Counted from the stretch's first letter, positions 51,541 through 62,388 are shown. The stretch: DNA of 64,000 nucleotides from Acidobacteriota bacterium (GCA_965217775.1 CBDCJH010000002.1:832001-896000), one strand, 5' to 3'. A program made the numbers and translations. The notes: generated by a model from the sequence alone, not told the origin.

Positions 51541-51628
51541 GATGAAAACCGGGAGTTGGAAGAATCAGGAGCATTCCGGCGGATGAGCGTGAATCGGAGC
51601 TTTCTCATCCCGGGATTGCGCACTGGGA

Positions 51629-52735
51629 TCACGGACCCGTCGTTTCCAGGGCCAGCCGGCCGCAGCTCTCCAACGCCAGCAGCGGGTAGCAGGTTCCGCT
51701 GTAGGTGATGAAATGGAATTTGTCCGTGTTGAGGGATCGGGTCCACCAACGGCCCGACTCCCGCTGGTTGGACAGGAGCCAGTCGATGGCTCGCTGAATT
51801 CGCGGATCGTCGGCTGGGACCCCGGCTCGTCTCAGGACCAGGACGCAGAGGCCGGTCTGGTGGCCGTCACTGGGCGGATTATCGAAATCGTCTTCGGCTC
51901 GGAGCTTCTCGGCGCGGTTTCCCCGGCCCCAGGTCTCGGGAGTGGCGAAAGTGCGGATCGACCAGCCCCCGTCCGCGCGTTGATGCCGCCAGACCATCTC
52001 GACCAGTTCCTGCTTCTTCTCATCCTCCAGAAGTCCGGGCCAGCGGGTGGAGACCCAGAGCAGGAGGAGGCGCCCGTAGTCATGGGGCGCCCGGGTCCTC
52101 ACGTATTCCCTCGTCTTCCGCACCGCTTCCCGGCCGCCGTTGGCGGCCATCCATCCGGGAGCCGCCGCCATGGCCGTCGCCGCCACGGTGGCCGATTGAT
52201 ACTTGCTGGACTCGAACGGTGGCCAGGTGTCGACGTTGTGCCAACCACCCTCCGGGTCCTGGAGATCGAGCATCAGGTTCAAGGCCTCCCGGGTCTCCGG
52301 GGAAAGCTCGCCAGTGACGTGTGCGTCCCATTCGGCCAGACCCTGGGCCGCATAGGCCACCTGGGTCGGATAGACGCTGGAACGAAGTTTCCGGGACTCC
52401 ATGGCCCGCAGTTCGTCGAGTTCCTCGATGATGAACTTCCGAAGCTCTGCCGGCGGCTGACCCAGGGTTCCGGTCAGGGCCGGACGCGTCACGAAATAGG
52501 TGCCATTGGTGTGACAGGAGATGCACTCCCGCTTCCGGGTCCAGGCCAGAGCCCCCTCCTCCATGTAAGCTACGGCTCGGCTGGGAGAGAATTGGTCCCG
52601 GATCGGCTCCTGGGCCGACGCGGGAGGGATCAAGATCTGCTCCCATTCATATTGCGGCTTGGGCGCTTGGCCGTCCTTTTCCGCCGCGGCCGTTCCGAGG
52701 AAGAAGATGGCGAGGAGGATTCTTGCCGGTTTCAT
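51629..52735 (-). CDS. Exported prenyltransferase/squalene-cyclase-repeat (QW motif) protein
   Basis: QDPEGGW, QRADGGW, QRESGRW repeats; signal peptide; CISCH; no DxDD. Confidence 0.8.
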   Translation of the reverse strand: MKPARILLAIFFLGTAAAEKDGQAPKPQYEWEQILIPPASAQEPIRDQFSPSRAVAYMEEGALAWTRKRECISCHTNGTYFVTRPALTGTLGQPPAELRKFIIEELDELRAMESRKLRSSVYPTQVAYAAQGLAEWDAHVTGELSPETREALNLMLDLQDPEGGWHNVDTWPPFESSKYQSATVAATAMAAAPGWMAANGGREAVRKTREYVRTRAPHDYGRLLLLWVSTRWPGLLEDEKKQELVEMVWRHQRADGGWSIRTFATPETWGRGNRAEKLRAEDDFDNPPSDGHQTGLCVLVLRRAGVPADDPRIQRAIDWLLSNQRESGRWWTRSLNTDKFHFITYSGTCYPLLALESCGRLALETTGP

Positions 52736-52926
52736 AATGGCCGCAAGGTTACTATAGGATCCCGAAGATTCCCAAACGAGGCACCCGCCGCCTGCCTGAA
52801 GTCCGAGGGCTCCCAGTTGCTGCACCGGGTCAGACCTGATTGCGGCGGAGGTTCTCATCGACGTACCCTCGGAGTCAGCTCAAGGTTTTTCGAACCTTGC
52901 CAGTAGAGTTTCAGGAGGGTCCCGTC

Positions 52927-54153
52927 ATGAAGAGATGGTGTTCCAGACGTGAGGGCTGTCCGGCCCCGCTGATCCACGTTTTGTGGATCGCGATCCTGCT
53001 TCCGGGGGGAGCCTGCTCCGTTACCCGCACTCCCGCGCCCGCCGAACCGGACCAGAAACCGATATTCGTGAGCGGCCGGGACGGGTATGACACCTACCGG
53101 ATCCCGGCGCTCCTGACCACGGGGAAGGGAACTCTGCTGGCCTTCTGCGAGGGGCGCAAGGACAGCCGGCGCGACCACGGAAACATCGATCTCCTGATCA
53201 GACGTTCCACCGACGGGGGAGAGACCTGGAGCCGACAGGAGGTGGTCTGGGATGACGGTGGCAACACCTGCGGCAACCCTTGTCCGGTGGTGGACCAGGA
53301 GACCGGCACCATCTGGCTGTTGCTGACCCACAATCCGGGAGACGAGGGCCTGAGGGAGATCCGGTTACCCGGAGCCCGAGGGACCCGGACCGTGTGGGTC
53401 ACCTCCAGCGAGGACGATGGGAAGACCTGGGCACCGCCTCGGGAGATCACCGCGACCACCAAGAAACCGGGCTGGGACTGGTATGCCACCGGGCCCGGCG
53501 TTGGGATCCAGCTTCGCCAGGGTCCCCATCGGGGCCGGCTGGTGATCCCGTGCGACTATTCCTATCCGACATCGAATCCGGATGAGGTGGTTCACCAATA
53601 CGAGGGCCCCCCGATCGGATTCGGCTCCCACGTCATCTACAGCGACGATCACGGCAAGAGCTGGCATCTCGGTGGGAACATCCAGCCTCAGGCCAACGAG
53701 TGTCAGGTCGCCGAGCTGACCGGCGGCCGGATTCTGCTGAATTTCCGGTCCTACTTCGGGAGGAATCTCCGGGGCCGTTCCTGGAGCAGCGACGGTGGCA
53801 TGACCTGGTCGGAGTCGCAGGACGATCCCCAGTTGACCGAGCCGGTCTGCCAGGCTAGCCTGCTTCGCTACGGTTGGCCCGAGGCGGGACGCCGCAGCCG
53901 TCTCCTCTTCTCCAATCCCGCCGCCACCGAGCGGGTCCGGATGACCGTACGCCTCAGCTACGACGAGGGGGAATCCTGGCCGGAGTCGCGCCTCTTGCAC
54001 GCCGGTCCGTCCGCCTATTCGAGCCTGGCCGTCCTGCCGGACGGTTCCATCGCGTGTCTGTATGAGCGCGGGGATGAGTCTCCCTATGAGACCATCACGC
54101 TGGCCCGATTCGGCCTCGACTGGCTGAGCCAGGGGAAAGATACGGGGGACTGA
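52927..54153 (+). CDS. Sialidase (GH33/BNR repeats), probable lipoprotein
   Basis: YRIP, Asp boxes STDGGETW / SEDDGKTW / SDDHGKSW / SSDGGMTW / SYDEGESW. Confidence 0.92.
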   Translation: MKRWCSRREGCPAPLIHVLWIAILLPGGACSVTRTPAPAEPDQKPIFVSGRDGYDTYRIPALLTTGKGTLLAFCEGRKDSRRDHGNIDLLIRRSTDGGETWSRQEVVWDDGGNTCGNPCPVVDQETGTIWLLLTHNPGDEGLREIRLPGARGTRTVWVTSSEDDGKTWAPPREITATTKKPGWDWYATGPGVGIQLRQGPHRGRLVIPCDYSYPTSNPDEVVHQYEGPPIGFGSHVIYSDDHGKSWHLGGNIQPQANECQVAELTGGRILLNFRSYFGRNLRGRSWSSDGGMTWSESQDDPQLTEPVCQASLLRYGWPEAGRRSRLLFSNPAATERVRMTVRLSYDEGESWPESRLLHAGPSAYSSLAVLPDGSIACLYERGDESPYETITLARFGLDWLSQGKDTGD

Positions 54154-54275
54154 CGATCATCCGAATTCGTCCAGAAGTTCATCTGAAAGCGGTTCGAAAA
54201 AGCTGGAGAGAATCTCCATCCCTCGATCGATGCCGACCCGCCGCGGATTGACCGGCAGCTTTGGAATCGGTCCCG

Positions 54276-55181
54276 CTAAATAATTCTGTGTTCCTCGAGG
54301 AATTCGAGCGCCAGGTCAGCGCATACCTCCGGCTTTTCGATCTGGAGAAAATGGGTCGTCTCGGGTACGAAGTCATAATCGACGAGTAGGAGGCTCCCGA
54401 GGTCCATGCTTGGCATATACGAGTGCGGAAGGGTGGGATCGGCTCCGATGGCCTTTATGGGGCAGTGAACGCTCTCCAGGTCCACGGTCATGGACCAGCA
54501 AAAGACATACTCGTTGATCTGGGCTTCGTATTCGCGTGGGCAACGAAGTTCATAGCCTCTCCCGTCGGCACAACGGCGGAGCGTCGTCCGGGCAAACAGA
54601 TCCACTCCACCTGGGCACACGCGCTCGAAAACGTGCTTGCTGGTGAGTTGCTCCGCGAAATGCTCCGGAGTCTCGAACCAGTTCCGGCGCTTGCGAGCGA
54701 TTTCTCCCAGCCGTTGGCCGATGTGCTCCATGTCGTGGGGGAAGCCGCCAGGGGGAAAGACGGGCGGATCGAACAGGACCAGGGCTGAGAAGCTGTCTTC
54801 GGCCGCAGCCTGCCGGAGGGCTACCAGCGACGAAAGAGAATGAAACAGGCCGATCAGCGGTTTCGTTCCGAAGCGCTGGTCAATATCCCGCACAATGAAC
54901 TCACTGTCGCTGACGAAGGTTGGGACATTGTGTGTACGCCGGTCTCCGACCGGGTTCCAGCCGTGGCTCCGGAGATCGTAGATGAAGAGATCGAAACGGT
55001 CGGTGAGTCGTGACCAGAAGGGATAGTAGGAATCGATCGAAAACCCGTTGCCGTGGCTCAGAACGAGCCGCGGGCCGTCCGGGGTGCCGTGGCGCCGGAC
55101 GCTGATCGGAAAACCATCGGTCGCACGCACCTCAAATTCCACGATCGGTTCCGGAACATCCCAGCGCGCAGGAACAATCAT
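54276..55181 (-). CDS. Alpha/beta hydrolase
   Basis: SHGNG, DLRSHG, FHSLSS elbow, TTHFLQIE. Confidence 0.85.
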   Translation of the reverse strand: MIVPARWDVPEPIVEFEVRATDGFPISVRRHGTPDGPRLVLSHGNGFSIDSYYPFWSRLTDRFDLFIYDLRSHGWNPVGDRRTHNVPTFVSDSEFIVRDIDQRFGTKPLIGLFHSLSSLVALRQAAAEDSFSALVLFDPPVFPPGGFPHDMEHIGQRLGEIARKRRNWFETPEHFAEQLTSKHVFERVCPGGVDLFARTTLRRCADGRGYELRCPREYEAQINEYVFCWSMTVDLESVHCPIKAIGADPTLPHSYMPSMDLGSLLLVDYDFVPETTHFLQIEKPEVCADLALEFLEEHRII

Positions 55182-55945
55182 CGTGTCTTCGAGGCCGGAT
55201 GAGGAACCTTCAGGAGGCGGGCCTGGTAGCGGGCCAGATCCCACATGTAGTGGCCGATCCGCTTCTTCTCGGCCGCCAGGATGTGTGTCTTTCCGCCCTC
55301 CTGGTCGCCTTGGCCGAGCAGGAACAGCCCGATGTAGAGGTGGGCGTAGAAGAGGCGTCCTTCGAGCTGCGCCGATCCAGGATTATCGGCGCGGGCGGTC
55401 TCCAGGACCTGCTGCGGCGATCCCTCTCCCCGGAACATGTCGTAGACGGCCATCATGGGAATCCGGGGGTCGTTCCGAATCGGCATCAGGGTTGACCGGG
55501 CCTTCTCCGTACCCTCGGTCCGGGCGATGCACAGATAGCGCCAGACCGAGTTCTCCACGTCGTTGTCGTGGTAGGTCTGATACAGCTCGAACTGCCTCGC
55601 TCCCTGCTGGAACTGGCCGGCGTAGTAGTAGGAAAGACCCAGCTCCCACTGCCTCGGCTCCATATCAGGACGGAGCCGGACGTACTGTTCCAGGTCGGCG
55701 ACGGATTCCGTGATCTTGCCCAGTCGAAAGTGCTCCCGGCCCCGCAGGTAGTAGGCATAGGCCAACTCCGGGTTCCCGGCCAGAGCACCCGTGGCCAGTT
55801 CCACGGACTCGGAACTCCGGCCCCGGTTGGACGCCTCCACGGCGCGGTTCAGAAGCGCTTCAGGCCCCTGGCTCACGGCGGCAGACGTGGAGTTGAGGAA
55901 GACGCCCAAGGCAAGAAGGAATGCAGAAAACCTCACGCGAAACAT
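55178..55945 (-). CDS. TPR protein (NlpI-like)
   Basis: Signal peptide, TPR pattern, NDVENSVW, FYAHLYIGL. Confidence 0.8.
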   Translation of the reverse strand: MFRVRFSAFLLALGVFLNSTSAAVSQGPEALLNRAVEASNRGRSSESVELATGALAGNPELAYAYYLRGREHFRLGKITESVADLEQYVRLRPDMEPRQWELGLSYYYAGQFQQGARQFELYQTYHDNDVENSVWRYLCIARTEGTEKARSTLMPIRNDPRIPMMAVYDMFRGEGSPQQVLETARADNPGSAQLEGRLFYAHLYIGLFLLGQGDQEGGKTHILAAEKKRIGHYMWDLARYQARLLKVPHPASKTR

Positions 55946-55956
55946 GCCTCATTCTA

Positions 55957-56148
55957 CTCCACGATGCGGTCCGGCCGCATCACTGTGAATTCGTGGACGC
56001 GCCGTTCGGTTCCGTGTCTCTGCGCCTCGACTGCGGCGACCACATACCGGCCGACGAGTCGGTGAGAAAGCAGCGTTGGCAACGATTCCTGGCGGTGAAG
56101 CCCGTGGAGCAGCGGACCACTCACCCCGAGGAGGCGAGCGAAAACTGA
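55957..56148 (+). pseudogene. C-terminal remnant of a Cys-tailed MarR-type regulator
   Basis: HDAVRPHHCEFVDAPFGSVSLRLDCGDH resembles, from memory, the Cys/His tail of MarR regulators that precede small thioredoxins; no N-terminus present. Confidence 0.45.
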
Positions 56149-56188
56149 TTTCCGAGAACCAACCATCAACAGGAAAGGAGACGCAACC

Positions 56189-56425
56189 ATGTCAAAACAG
56201 GCCACCTTCTACCACGCCGGCTGCCCGGTCTGCGTCGATGCCGAGACCCAGTTCGCGCAGGCGCTCAACCCTCAGGACTATGCTGTGGAAGTTGTTCACC
56301 TGGGCGAAACGCCCGACCGCATCGACGAGGCCGAAGCGGCCGGCGTTGCGTCGGTCCCCGCGTTCGTCGTGGACGGCAGGCCGTATCACATCAATTTCGG
56401 CGCCTCCATCGCTGACCTGAAGTGA
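56189..56425 (+). CDS. Small thioredoxin/glutaredoxin-like protein
   Basis: FYHAGCPVC, SVPA; AAGGAG RBS. Confidence 0.88.
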   Translation: MSKQATFYHAGCPVCVDAETQFAQALNPQDYAVEVVHLGETPDRIDEAEAAGVASVPAFVVDGRPYHINFGASIADLK

Positions 56426-56535
56426 ACTGAAAGACACGCCCGGTCGCCCGTCGCGGCCGGGCGCCCTCCCTCCAACGGGCGACATTTCGTCGCAGGGCCG
56501 GGCCGGCTCTTGCCCCGGGCTCGTATACTACCCTC

Positions 56536-57927
56536 ATGAAGGAAGCCAAGGATCAGGATCCCAGCGACCTCGGTCTGGCCGGGTACGCGAAGCTCCTCTG
56601 CTCGGCGGTGTTCGTCACCCGAACCGGTGAAGAAGCGGCGCGAAGGCACAGCCGAAACGTGGCCGTGGACCTGCTGAAACTGCCCGAGTCGGACCTGGAG
56701 CACCTCGACGACGTCATCGACTACGACCGGAAGCGGGTTCACGCGACCCTCCCCGGCGGCTACCGTCGCACCGCCGGTTTCTACGGCGACCAGGGATGCA
56801 TCGTTCATCCCCGGGACCACGACGGAATCTACTTCGACCCGGTTCCGGTGCGGACCGCTCTGCCCCCGGCCGATACCCGGCCCTGGCCCATGGGGGACCT
56901 CCTGCCGGAGAATCCTCTCCCTTCTGAGGTGAGTGAGGAGAAACTGCAGGCGGCAGTCGATCAGGCCTTCGAACCGCCGGCCCGGACCACTTCTCTGGCA
57001 GTGGTCTACAAGGGCCGTCTCATCGCCGAGCGCTATGCCCCGGGGATTACCAAGGACACGCTGCTGGAGAGTTGGTCCATGGGCAAGAGCCTCACCGGCA
57101 CGCTGGCGGGACGCCTGATTCAGGAGGGGCGTCTGAAGATGTCCGGACCCGCGCCTGTGCCCGAGTGGCAGGCGCCGGACGACCCACGCCGCGAGATCCG
57201 GATGGAAGACCTGTTTCGCATGTCCAGCGGCCTCGACTTCACCCTCTACGAAGTGATGGAGCAGACGCCGCAGGGAACCTACCGCATCTCCACGGCCTAC
57301 CCGGACCACTACTACGTCTATCCCTGCGCCCTGGACGTCTTCCGTTACGCCGTCTCGCGGCGGCTTCGCTTTCCTCCCGGCACCGTCGGACGCTACCGCA
57401 ACTGCGATCCCCTGACTCTGGGATACTTGGTCCGCCAGGCTGTGGAGGCACAGGGTGAGGAGTACCTCACCTTCCCCCAGCGATCCCTCTTCGACCGGAT
57501 CGGGATCCGCAGGATGGTGCTGGACACGGACCCCTACGGCAACTTCATACTCTCCGGCTACGAGTACGGGACGGTCCGGGACTGGGCCCGGATCGGTCTG
57601 CTCTATCTGCAAGGGGGCGTCTGGCAGGGCGAGCGGCTGCTGCCCGAAGAATTCGTGGAGTTCGTCCGCACGCCGGCGCCGGCGTGGTTCAACGAGGAGG
57701 GGGAACCGAGCGAGTCGCGCTACGGCGCCATGTGGTGGCTCAATACGACCGGCGTCTGGGACGCCCCCGCCGATGCCTTCTATGCCGCCGGGGCCGGCGG
57801 CCAGAACACGCTGGTGATCCCGTCGCGAGATCTGGTGGTGGCCCGTCTCACCGAGTATGACGTCCTGAGCGTCAGCGTCCCCGCCTTCAACGCCGCGTTG
57901 CGAGGGATTCAGGACGCCCTTGGATGA
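56536..57927 (+). CDS. Serine hydrolase (beta-lactamase-like), paralog of 19778-21316
   Basis: SWSMGKS, YRNCD, AAGAGGQ. Confidence 0.88.
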   Translation: MKEAKDQDPSDLGLAGYAKLLCSAVFVTRTGEEAARRHSRNVAVDLLKLPESDLEHLDDVIDYDRKRVHATLPGGYRRTAGFYGDQGCIVHPRDHDGIYFDPVPVRTALPPADTRPWPMGDLLPENPLPSEVSEEKLQAAVDQAFEPPARTTSLAVVYKGRLIAERYAPGITKDTLLESWSMGKSLTGTLAGRLIQEGRLKMSGPAPVPEWQAPDDPRREIRMEDLFRMSSGLDFTLYEVMEQTPQGTYRISTAYPDHYYVYPCALDVFRYAVSRRLRFPPGTVGRYRNCDPLTLGYLVRQAVEAQGEEYLTFPQRSLFDRIGIRRMVLDTDPYGNFILSGYEYGTVRDWARIGLLYLQGGVWQGERLLPEEFVEFVRTPAPAWFNEEGEPSESRYGAMWWLNTTGVWDAPADAFYAAGAGGQNTLVIPSRDLVVARLTEYDVLSVSVPAFNAALRGIQDALG

Positions 57928-57945
57928 GCGCCCCCGTCCGGGAGA

Positions 57946-59835
57946 TCATGGGCCGATAATCTGGTTGGCCGCAAAGGCCGAGACATACGCCAGCAGCGTC
58001 ATGTAGGCGAACTGAGCCACCGGCCAGCGCCATCCGGCCGTCTCTCTCCGCACCACCGCCACCGTGGACATGCACTGCATGGCGAAGGCGAAAAAGATCA
58101 GGAGCGCCACGGCGCCGCCCAGATCCAGGTCGCTCCTGAGCGCCTGTTGCAGATCACGGGAGCCTTCGTCTGCTTCCATTCCGTAGATGGTCCCCAGCGT
58201 TCCCACGATCACCTCTCGGGCCGCCAGGGAGGTGATCAGTCCGATCCCGATCTTCCAATCGAATCCCAGGGGCTCGATGACCGGTTCGATGGTCCGGCCC
58301 ACCGTCCCGATGACGCTTTCCGAAATCGGCGGATCCTCGCCATTCTGGCGCGGCAGGCTGGCCAGGAACCAGAGGACGATGGCCGTGGCGAGAATGATGG
58401 TACCGGCGCGCTTCAGGAAGATCTTGGCGCGGTCAAGAAGCCGCAACGCCAGCGATTGGATGCCTGGAACCCGGTAGGGAGGCATCTCCAGGGAGAAGGG
58501 AGCTCCCGTGCCACGAAGGATCGACGACTTGAGCACCCATGCGGTCAGGACGGCTGCCAGGAATCCGAGCGCATACAGTCCCAGCATGGTCGCCGCCCGG
58601 GTGCCCAGGAACCCGCCCAGGACCGGGCGTTCCGGTATGAAGGCGGCGATGACCAGGGTGTAGACCGGCAACCGGGCCGAGCAGGTCATGAAGGGCGCGA
58701 TCATGATGGTGGCGATCCGGTCCCGCTTGTTCTCGATGGTACGGGTGGCCAGGATGGCCGGAACAGCACAGGCGTAGGCCGAGAGCAGGGGAATGAACGA
58801 CTTGCCCTGAAGGCCCACCCTGGCCATGGTTCTGTCAGCGATGAGGGCCGCTCTAGCCATGTATCCCGAGTCCTCGAGCACGCCGATGAAGAGGAACAAC
58901 AACAGGATCTGGGGCAGGAAGATCACCACCGATCCCACGCCGCCCCAGACGCCTTCGATAAGAAGACTGCGGAACCAGGTGTCTGGCAGCAGGGCGTGGA
59001 CCCACTCTCCCGAGGTGGAGACCATGGCGTCGGTGGCGTCCATGAGCGGGATGGCGAAGGTGAAGATAGTCTGGAAGACCGCAACCACCACCGCGGCGAA
59101 GATGAGAAGGCCCGCCACCGGGTGGAGCAGGACGGCGTCGAGGCGCCGAGTCCAGAGCGGAGGAGCGGGGGGACGGTATTCCGCCGCATCGCCGATCTGC
59201 GCCGACCACTCCCGGCAACGGCGAACGTCCTGGATCACGGGCAGCTCCAATGGAGTGGGAACGGCCAGGGCACCAACCAGGAACTCCCGGATTGCCTCGG
59301 TACCCTCTCCGGTCCGGGCACTGACCAGGGCCACGGGGGCCCCGATCTGTTGCGCCACCGCGTCCAAGTCGAGACCTCCGCCGCGGCTTCGGAGCGAGTC
59401 GGCCATGTTCAGGACCGCCAGGGTCGGGATTCCCAAGCTGAGTATGGGAGCGGCGAATCCGAGATGGCGCCCCAGATTGGTGGAATCGAGGATCAGAATG
59501 ACGGCGTCCGGACTGGAGACGCCCGGCATCCGGCCGGTGAGGACGTCTCGAGCCACTCTCTCGTCTTCCGACCGGGGCTCGAGGCTGTAAATGCCCGGCA
59601 GATCGATCAGGTGGACCTCGATCTCGCCGGGGAGGCGGGCGCGCCCGATCCGTTTCTCCACCGTGACTCCTGGATAGTTGGCCACGCGCTGGCGGAGTCC
59701 CGTCAACCGGTTGAACAGGGTCGACTTCCCGGTGTTGGGCGGGCCCACGACGGCGACGGTGCGCAAGCGGGTGGAGTCTCCAGGCCGGGCCTTCGAATCG
59801 GGGACGGCCACGCCGGCCCCATGGCTATGGCTCAT
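57946..59835 (-). CDS. feoB: Ferrous iron transporter B
   Basis: GPPNTGKS, NYPGVTVE, DLPG, NMAD, EDSGYMAR, CSARLP. Confidence 0.96.
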   Translation of the reverse strand: MSHSHGAGVAVPDSKARPGDSTRLRTVAVVGPPNTGKSTLFNRLTGLRQRVANYPGVTVEKRIGRARLPGEIEVHLIDLPGIYSLEPRSEDERVARDVLTGRMPGVSSPDAVILILDSTNLGRHLGFAAPILSLGIPTLAVLNMADSLRSRGGGLDLDAVAQQIGAPVALVSARTGEGTEAIREFLVGALAVPTPLELPVIQDVRRCREWSAQIGDAAEYRPPAPPLWTRRLDAVLLHPVAGLLIFAAVVVAVFQTIFTFAIPLMDATDAMVSTSGEWVHALLPDTWFRSLLIEGVWGGVGSVVIFLPQILLLFLFIGVLEDSGYMARAALIADRTMARVGLQGKSFIPLLSAYACAVPAILATRTIENKRDRIATIMIAPFMTCSARLPVYTLVIAAFIPERPVLGGFLGTRAATMLGLYALGFLAAVLTAWVLKSSILRGTGAPFSLEMPPYRVPGIQSLALRLLDRAKIFLKRAGTIILATAIVLWFLASLPRQNGEDPPISESVIGTVGRTIEPVIEPLGFDWKIGIGLITSLAAREVIVGTLGTIYGMEADEGSRDLQQALRSDLDLGGAVALLIFFAFAMQCMSTVAVVRRETAGWRWPVAQFAYMTLLAYVSAFAANQIIGP

Positions 59836-60089
59836 GAGTCTGTCCGGCCGGCCGAACCGGGTCTGCGCAGAATCAGGCGGGCCGCCGTCTCACGGCGCAA
59901 CGCGACTTCCGAGCCGTCTACCCGGTACACACGCGGATCGCCGAACGGCGACCGTCCGGCAGCCGAAACCACCGAGCCGGGGAGGAAGCCCAGCTCCATG
60001 AAACGCCGCGCGTCCCGCTTCGGCAGGTCGATGGAGTCCAAGATGGCTTCTTCGTGCTTCCCCAAGTCTTTCAGTGTGAACCTGGCCAC
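59832..60089 (-). CDS. feoA: Ferrous iron transport protein A
   Basis: RFMELGFLPG, SPFGDP, VALRRETA. Confidence 0.93.
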   Translation of the reverse strand: MARFTLKDLGKHEEAILDSIDLPKRDARRFMELGFLPGSVVSAAGRSPFGDPRVYRVDGSEVALRRETAARLILRRPGSAGRTDS

Positions 60090-60132
60090 GATACTGACTC
60101 CTCTCTATCCTCCAACCCGCTCACTTCATCGC

Positions 60133-60255
60133 GGGAGGGGCGACTTTCTTGTCGCCCGCTCTTCGGTGTTGCTATGCGATTCGGTGGCCGGGAAGTGTAG
60201 TGGGACTCCGTCCCCCCTAACCGACCCTGGTCGGCGGCAAGAAAGCCGCCGCTCC
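60133..60255. repeat. Inverted REP-like doublet (GGAG class)
   Basis: GGAGGGGCGAC-TTTCTT-GTCGCCC (+, 60134-60157) and GGAGCGGCGGC-TTTCTT-GCCGCCG (-, 60255-60232). Confidence 0.65.
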
Positions 60256-60266
60256 TATTTCCTCTC

Positions 60267-61352
60267 TCACTCCCCAACTCCGTTGACCCGGGGCAGAACT
60301 TCCTCCTGGAGGAGCCTCATGGACTCGACCCAGCGATCCTTCGGGTCCCATTCGTGACCCAGGACCAGGAGGACCCCAAAGCCGCCCAAGTCGTCCTGAA
60401 GCCGCTGGAGCTTCTCGGCGACGTCGTCGGGACTGCCCACGAGCCAAAGATTATCCAGCAGGTATTCCGGGGTCACCTCCGAATCGGCCATGTCGAGATC
60501 GGTCTTCATCAGGTCGAGCATCTTGCACTTGGGGAGCAGGCGGAGGAAGTAGTCCTCGAAGTCCCGCGCCATGGTCCCTTCCAGGACGCAACGTCTGGCT
60601 TCCTGTGTCGTATCCGCAACGAACACGTTGCGGGCCACCCGCCACTGGCTCCTGTCGGGAGACCGTCCGGTGGTGGCGGCTCCTTCCAATACCGCCTCCC
60701 AGTGGGACTTGAGGATCCGGGTCGGTACGATGTTGATGCTCATGGGAATCCAGCCCTGCTCTCCGGCCCGCACCAGAGTTCCGGATTTGACCGACACGCC
60801 GGCGACTCCGATGGGCGGGTGAGGTTTCTGGTAGGGCTTCAGGTGGAACCGGAGACCGATGTCCGATTCAGGCTCCGGCACGGTAAAACACCAGTGCTTG
60901 TGTTCGTACAGGCCGGGCCGCGGATCTTCCCAGAGCTGGAGGACCAAGTCCACCGCGTCACGGGTCATCCCCCTCTGCTCGCCAGTCTTGGGATCGAATC
61001 CGAAGACCTCGAAGTCGCCTGGAAAACCACCCGATCCGACTCCCCAGTAAAATCTTCCGCGGCACATGTGATCCAACTGGGCGATGCGGCTGGCAATGAC
61101 GAAGGGGTTATGGTTGGGCATGCAGGTCACGCCGGTGCCCAGGATGATCTGTTCGGTCTGGGGGATGGCGCTGGCCAGCAGCAGGTCGGGAGCGGGGATG
61201 TTCTCCCAGACGCTGGTGAAGTGCTCGCCGAGCCAAGCCTCGTGAAACCCCAGTTGGTCCAGGGTGATGATCTGTTCCAGGTCGCTTTCCAGGGTCTCGG
61301 TGAAGTTCGACCCCGGCGGATGGAGGGGCATGGTGAAGAATCCCAGTTTCAT
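60267..61352 (-). CDS. LLM-class flavin-dependent oxidoreductase
   Basis: MKLGFFTMPLHP, AWLGEH, KPYQKPHPPI, VGSPDDV. Confidence 0.92.
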   Translation of the reverse strand: MKLGFFTMPLHPPGSNFTETLESDLEQIITLDQLGFHEAWLGEHFTSVWENIPAPDLLLASAIPQTEQIILGTGVTCMPNHNPFVIASRIAQLDHMCRGRFYWGVGSGGFPGDFEVFGFDPKTGEQRGMTRDAVDLVLQLWEDPRPGLYEHKHWCFTVPEPESDIGLRFHLKPYQKPHPPIGVAGVSVKSGTLVRAGEQGWIPMSINIVPTRILKSHWEAVLEGAATTGRSPDRSQWRVARNVFVADTTQEARRCVLEGTMARDFEDYFLRLLPKCKMLDLMKTDLDMADSEVTPEYLLDNLWLVGSPDDVAEKLQRLQDDLGGFGVLLVLGHEWDPKDRWVESMRLLQEEVLPRVNGVGE

Positions 61353-61374
61353 GGCAGGTACTCCTTTTGCGGCC

Positions 61375-62388
61375 TCATTCTAGAGCCCCGGGCCGTCGAC
61401 CGCTACTGCTTGCAGACTGAATGATTCCTGCGGAAGGACTGCGCCTGAAGAACAACCTCTCGGCCGTTCCTGCCAGGATCTGCTGCTTGTCCGAGGAAGA
61501 GAGGAAATCGGCATGGTCCCGGATCACGGCGACGGCGGCCTCGATGGTGTGACCGTTCCTGGTCTGCAGTGGAGCATCGCTTTCCCACATGCAACGGTGC
61601 GGGCCGAAGGCGTCCACCAGCCGGCGAATCAGCGGGAGCATGTCCAGGTAGGGCGGTTGCTTCTTGCCCAAGGCGTAGAATGCGCCCAGCTTGAGCATGA
61701 CCCGGGGGTGTCGCGCCATGCGGCACAGCGCCCGAGTCTCCTCTTCCACCCGATCGGCCTGCTTGCCGATCAGGCAAAAGTGGTCGATGATCACAGGAGT
61801 CTCGGGGAAGCGCCGGCACATGCGATCCAATTCGGGCAGGTCCGCCGGGTTCATGAGGAAACTCAGGCAGAGGTCGTGCCGGGCTCCGGCGGCGAACATC
61901 TTGTCGAACCCCGGATGGTCCATCCAGCGTTCCCCGTTTCTCAGGGCCGGACGCGTCGATCGGCCCCGGATCCGGAACGCGTAGATGCCGCCGCGGGCCA
62001 GCGCCGTCATGGTCCGGTCGGGACTGGGAAGGGAAACGTCGCTGACGGCGGGAACGATTCCGGTGCCGACGAACCGGGTGGGGTCGTCGGCGATGGCGTC
62101 GAGGATGTAGCTGTGGTCGAGTCCGTAGCAGGTCATCTGAATCAGGTTGTAGCGGGTCACTCCGGCGCGGCTTCCCCGCTGGACCAGTTCCTCGATCGTG
62201 AAGCTGGGAAACCAGAGGTCCTCGCTGGTCAGTCCCGGCGCCAGAGGATACTTTTGGAGGTCGGGGGACCAGACGTGGGCGTGGGCGTCGACGACCGCGG
62301 GTCCGGGCGGTGTGGCCCGGCCCCCGCGTCCGGCCGCCGCGGCCAGGGCCAAGCCGGACATCCAGCGGCGTCGGGTCAGGGTCTGCAT
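61375..62388 (-). CDS. Amidohydrolase_2-family protein (lactonase-like)
   Basis: DAHAHVW, IIDH, MWESDAP; twin-Arg-like N-terminus. Confidence 0.88.
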   Translation of the reverse strand: MQTLTRRRWMSGLALAAAAGRGGRATPPGPAVVDAHAHVWSPDLQKYPLAPGLTSEDLWFPSFTIEELVQRGSRAGVTRYNLIQMTCYGLDHSYILDAIADDPTRFVGTGIVPAVSDVSLPSPDRTMTALARGGIYAFRIRGRSTRPALRNGERWMDHPGFDKMFAAGARHDLCLSFLMNPADLPELDRMCRRFPETPVIIDHFCLIGKQADRVEEETRALCRMARHPRVMLKLGAFYALGKKQPPYLDMLPLIRRLVDAFGPHRCMWESDAPLQTRNGHTIEAAVAVIRDHADFLSSSDKQQILAGTAERLFFRRSPSAGIIQSASSSGRRPGALE

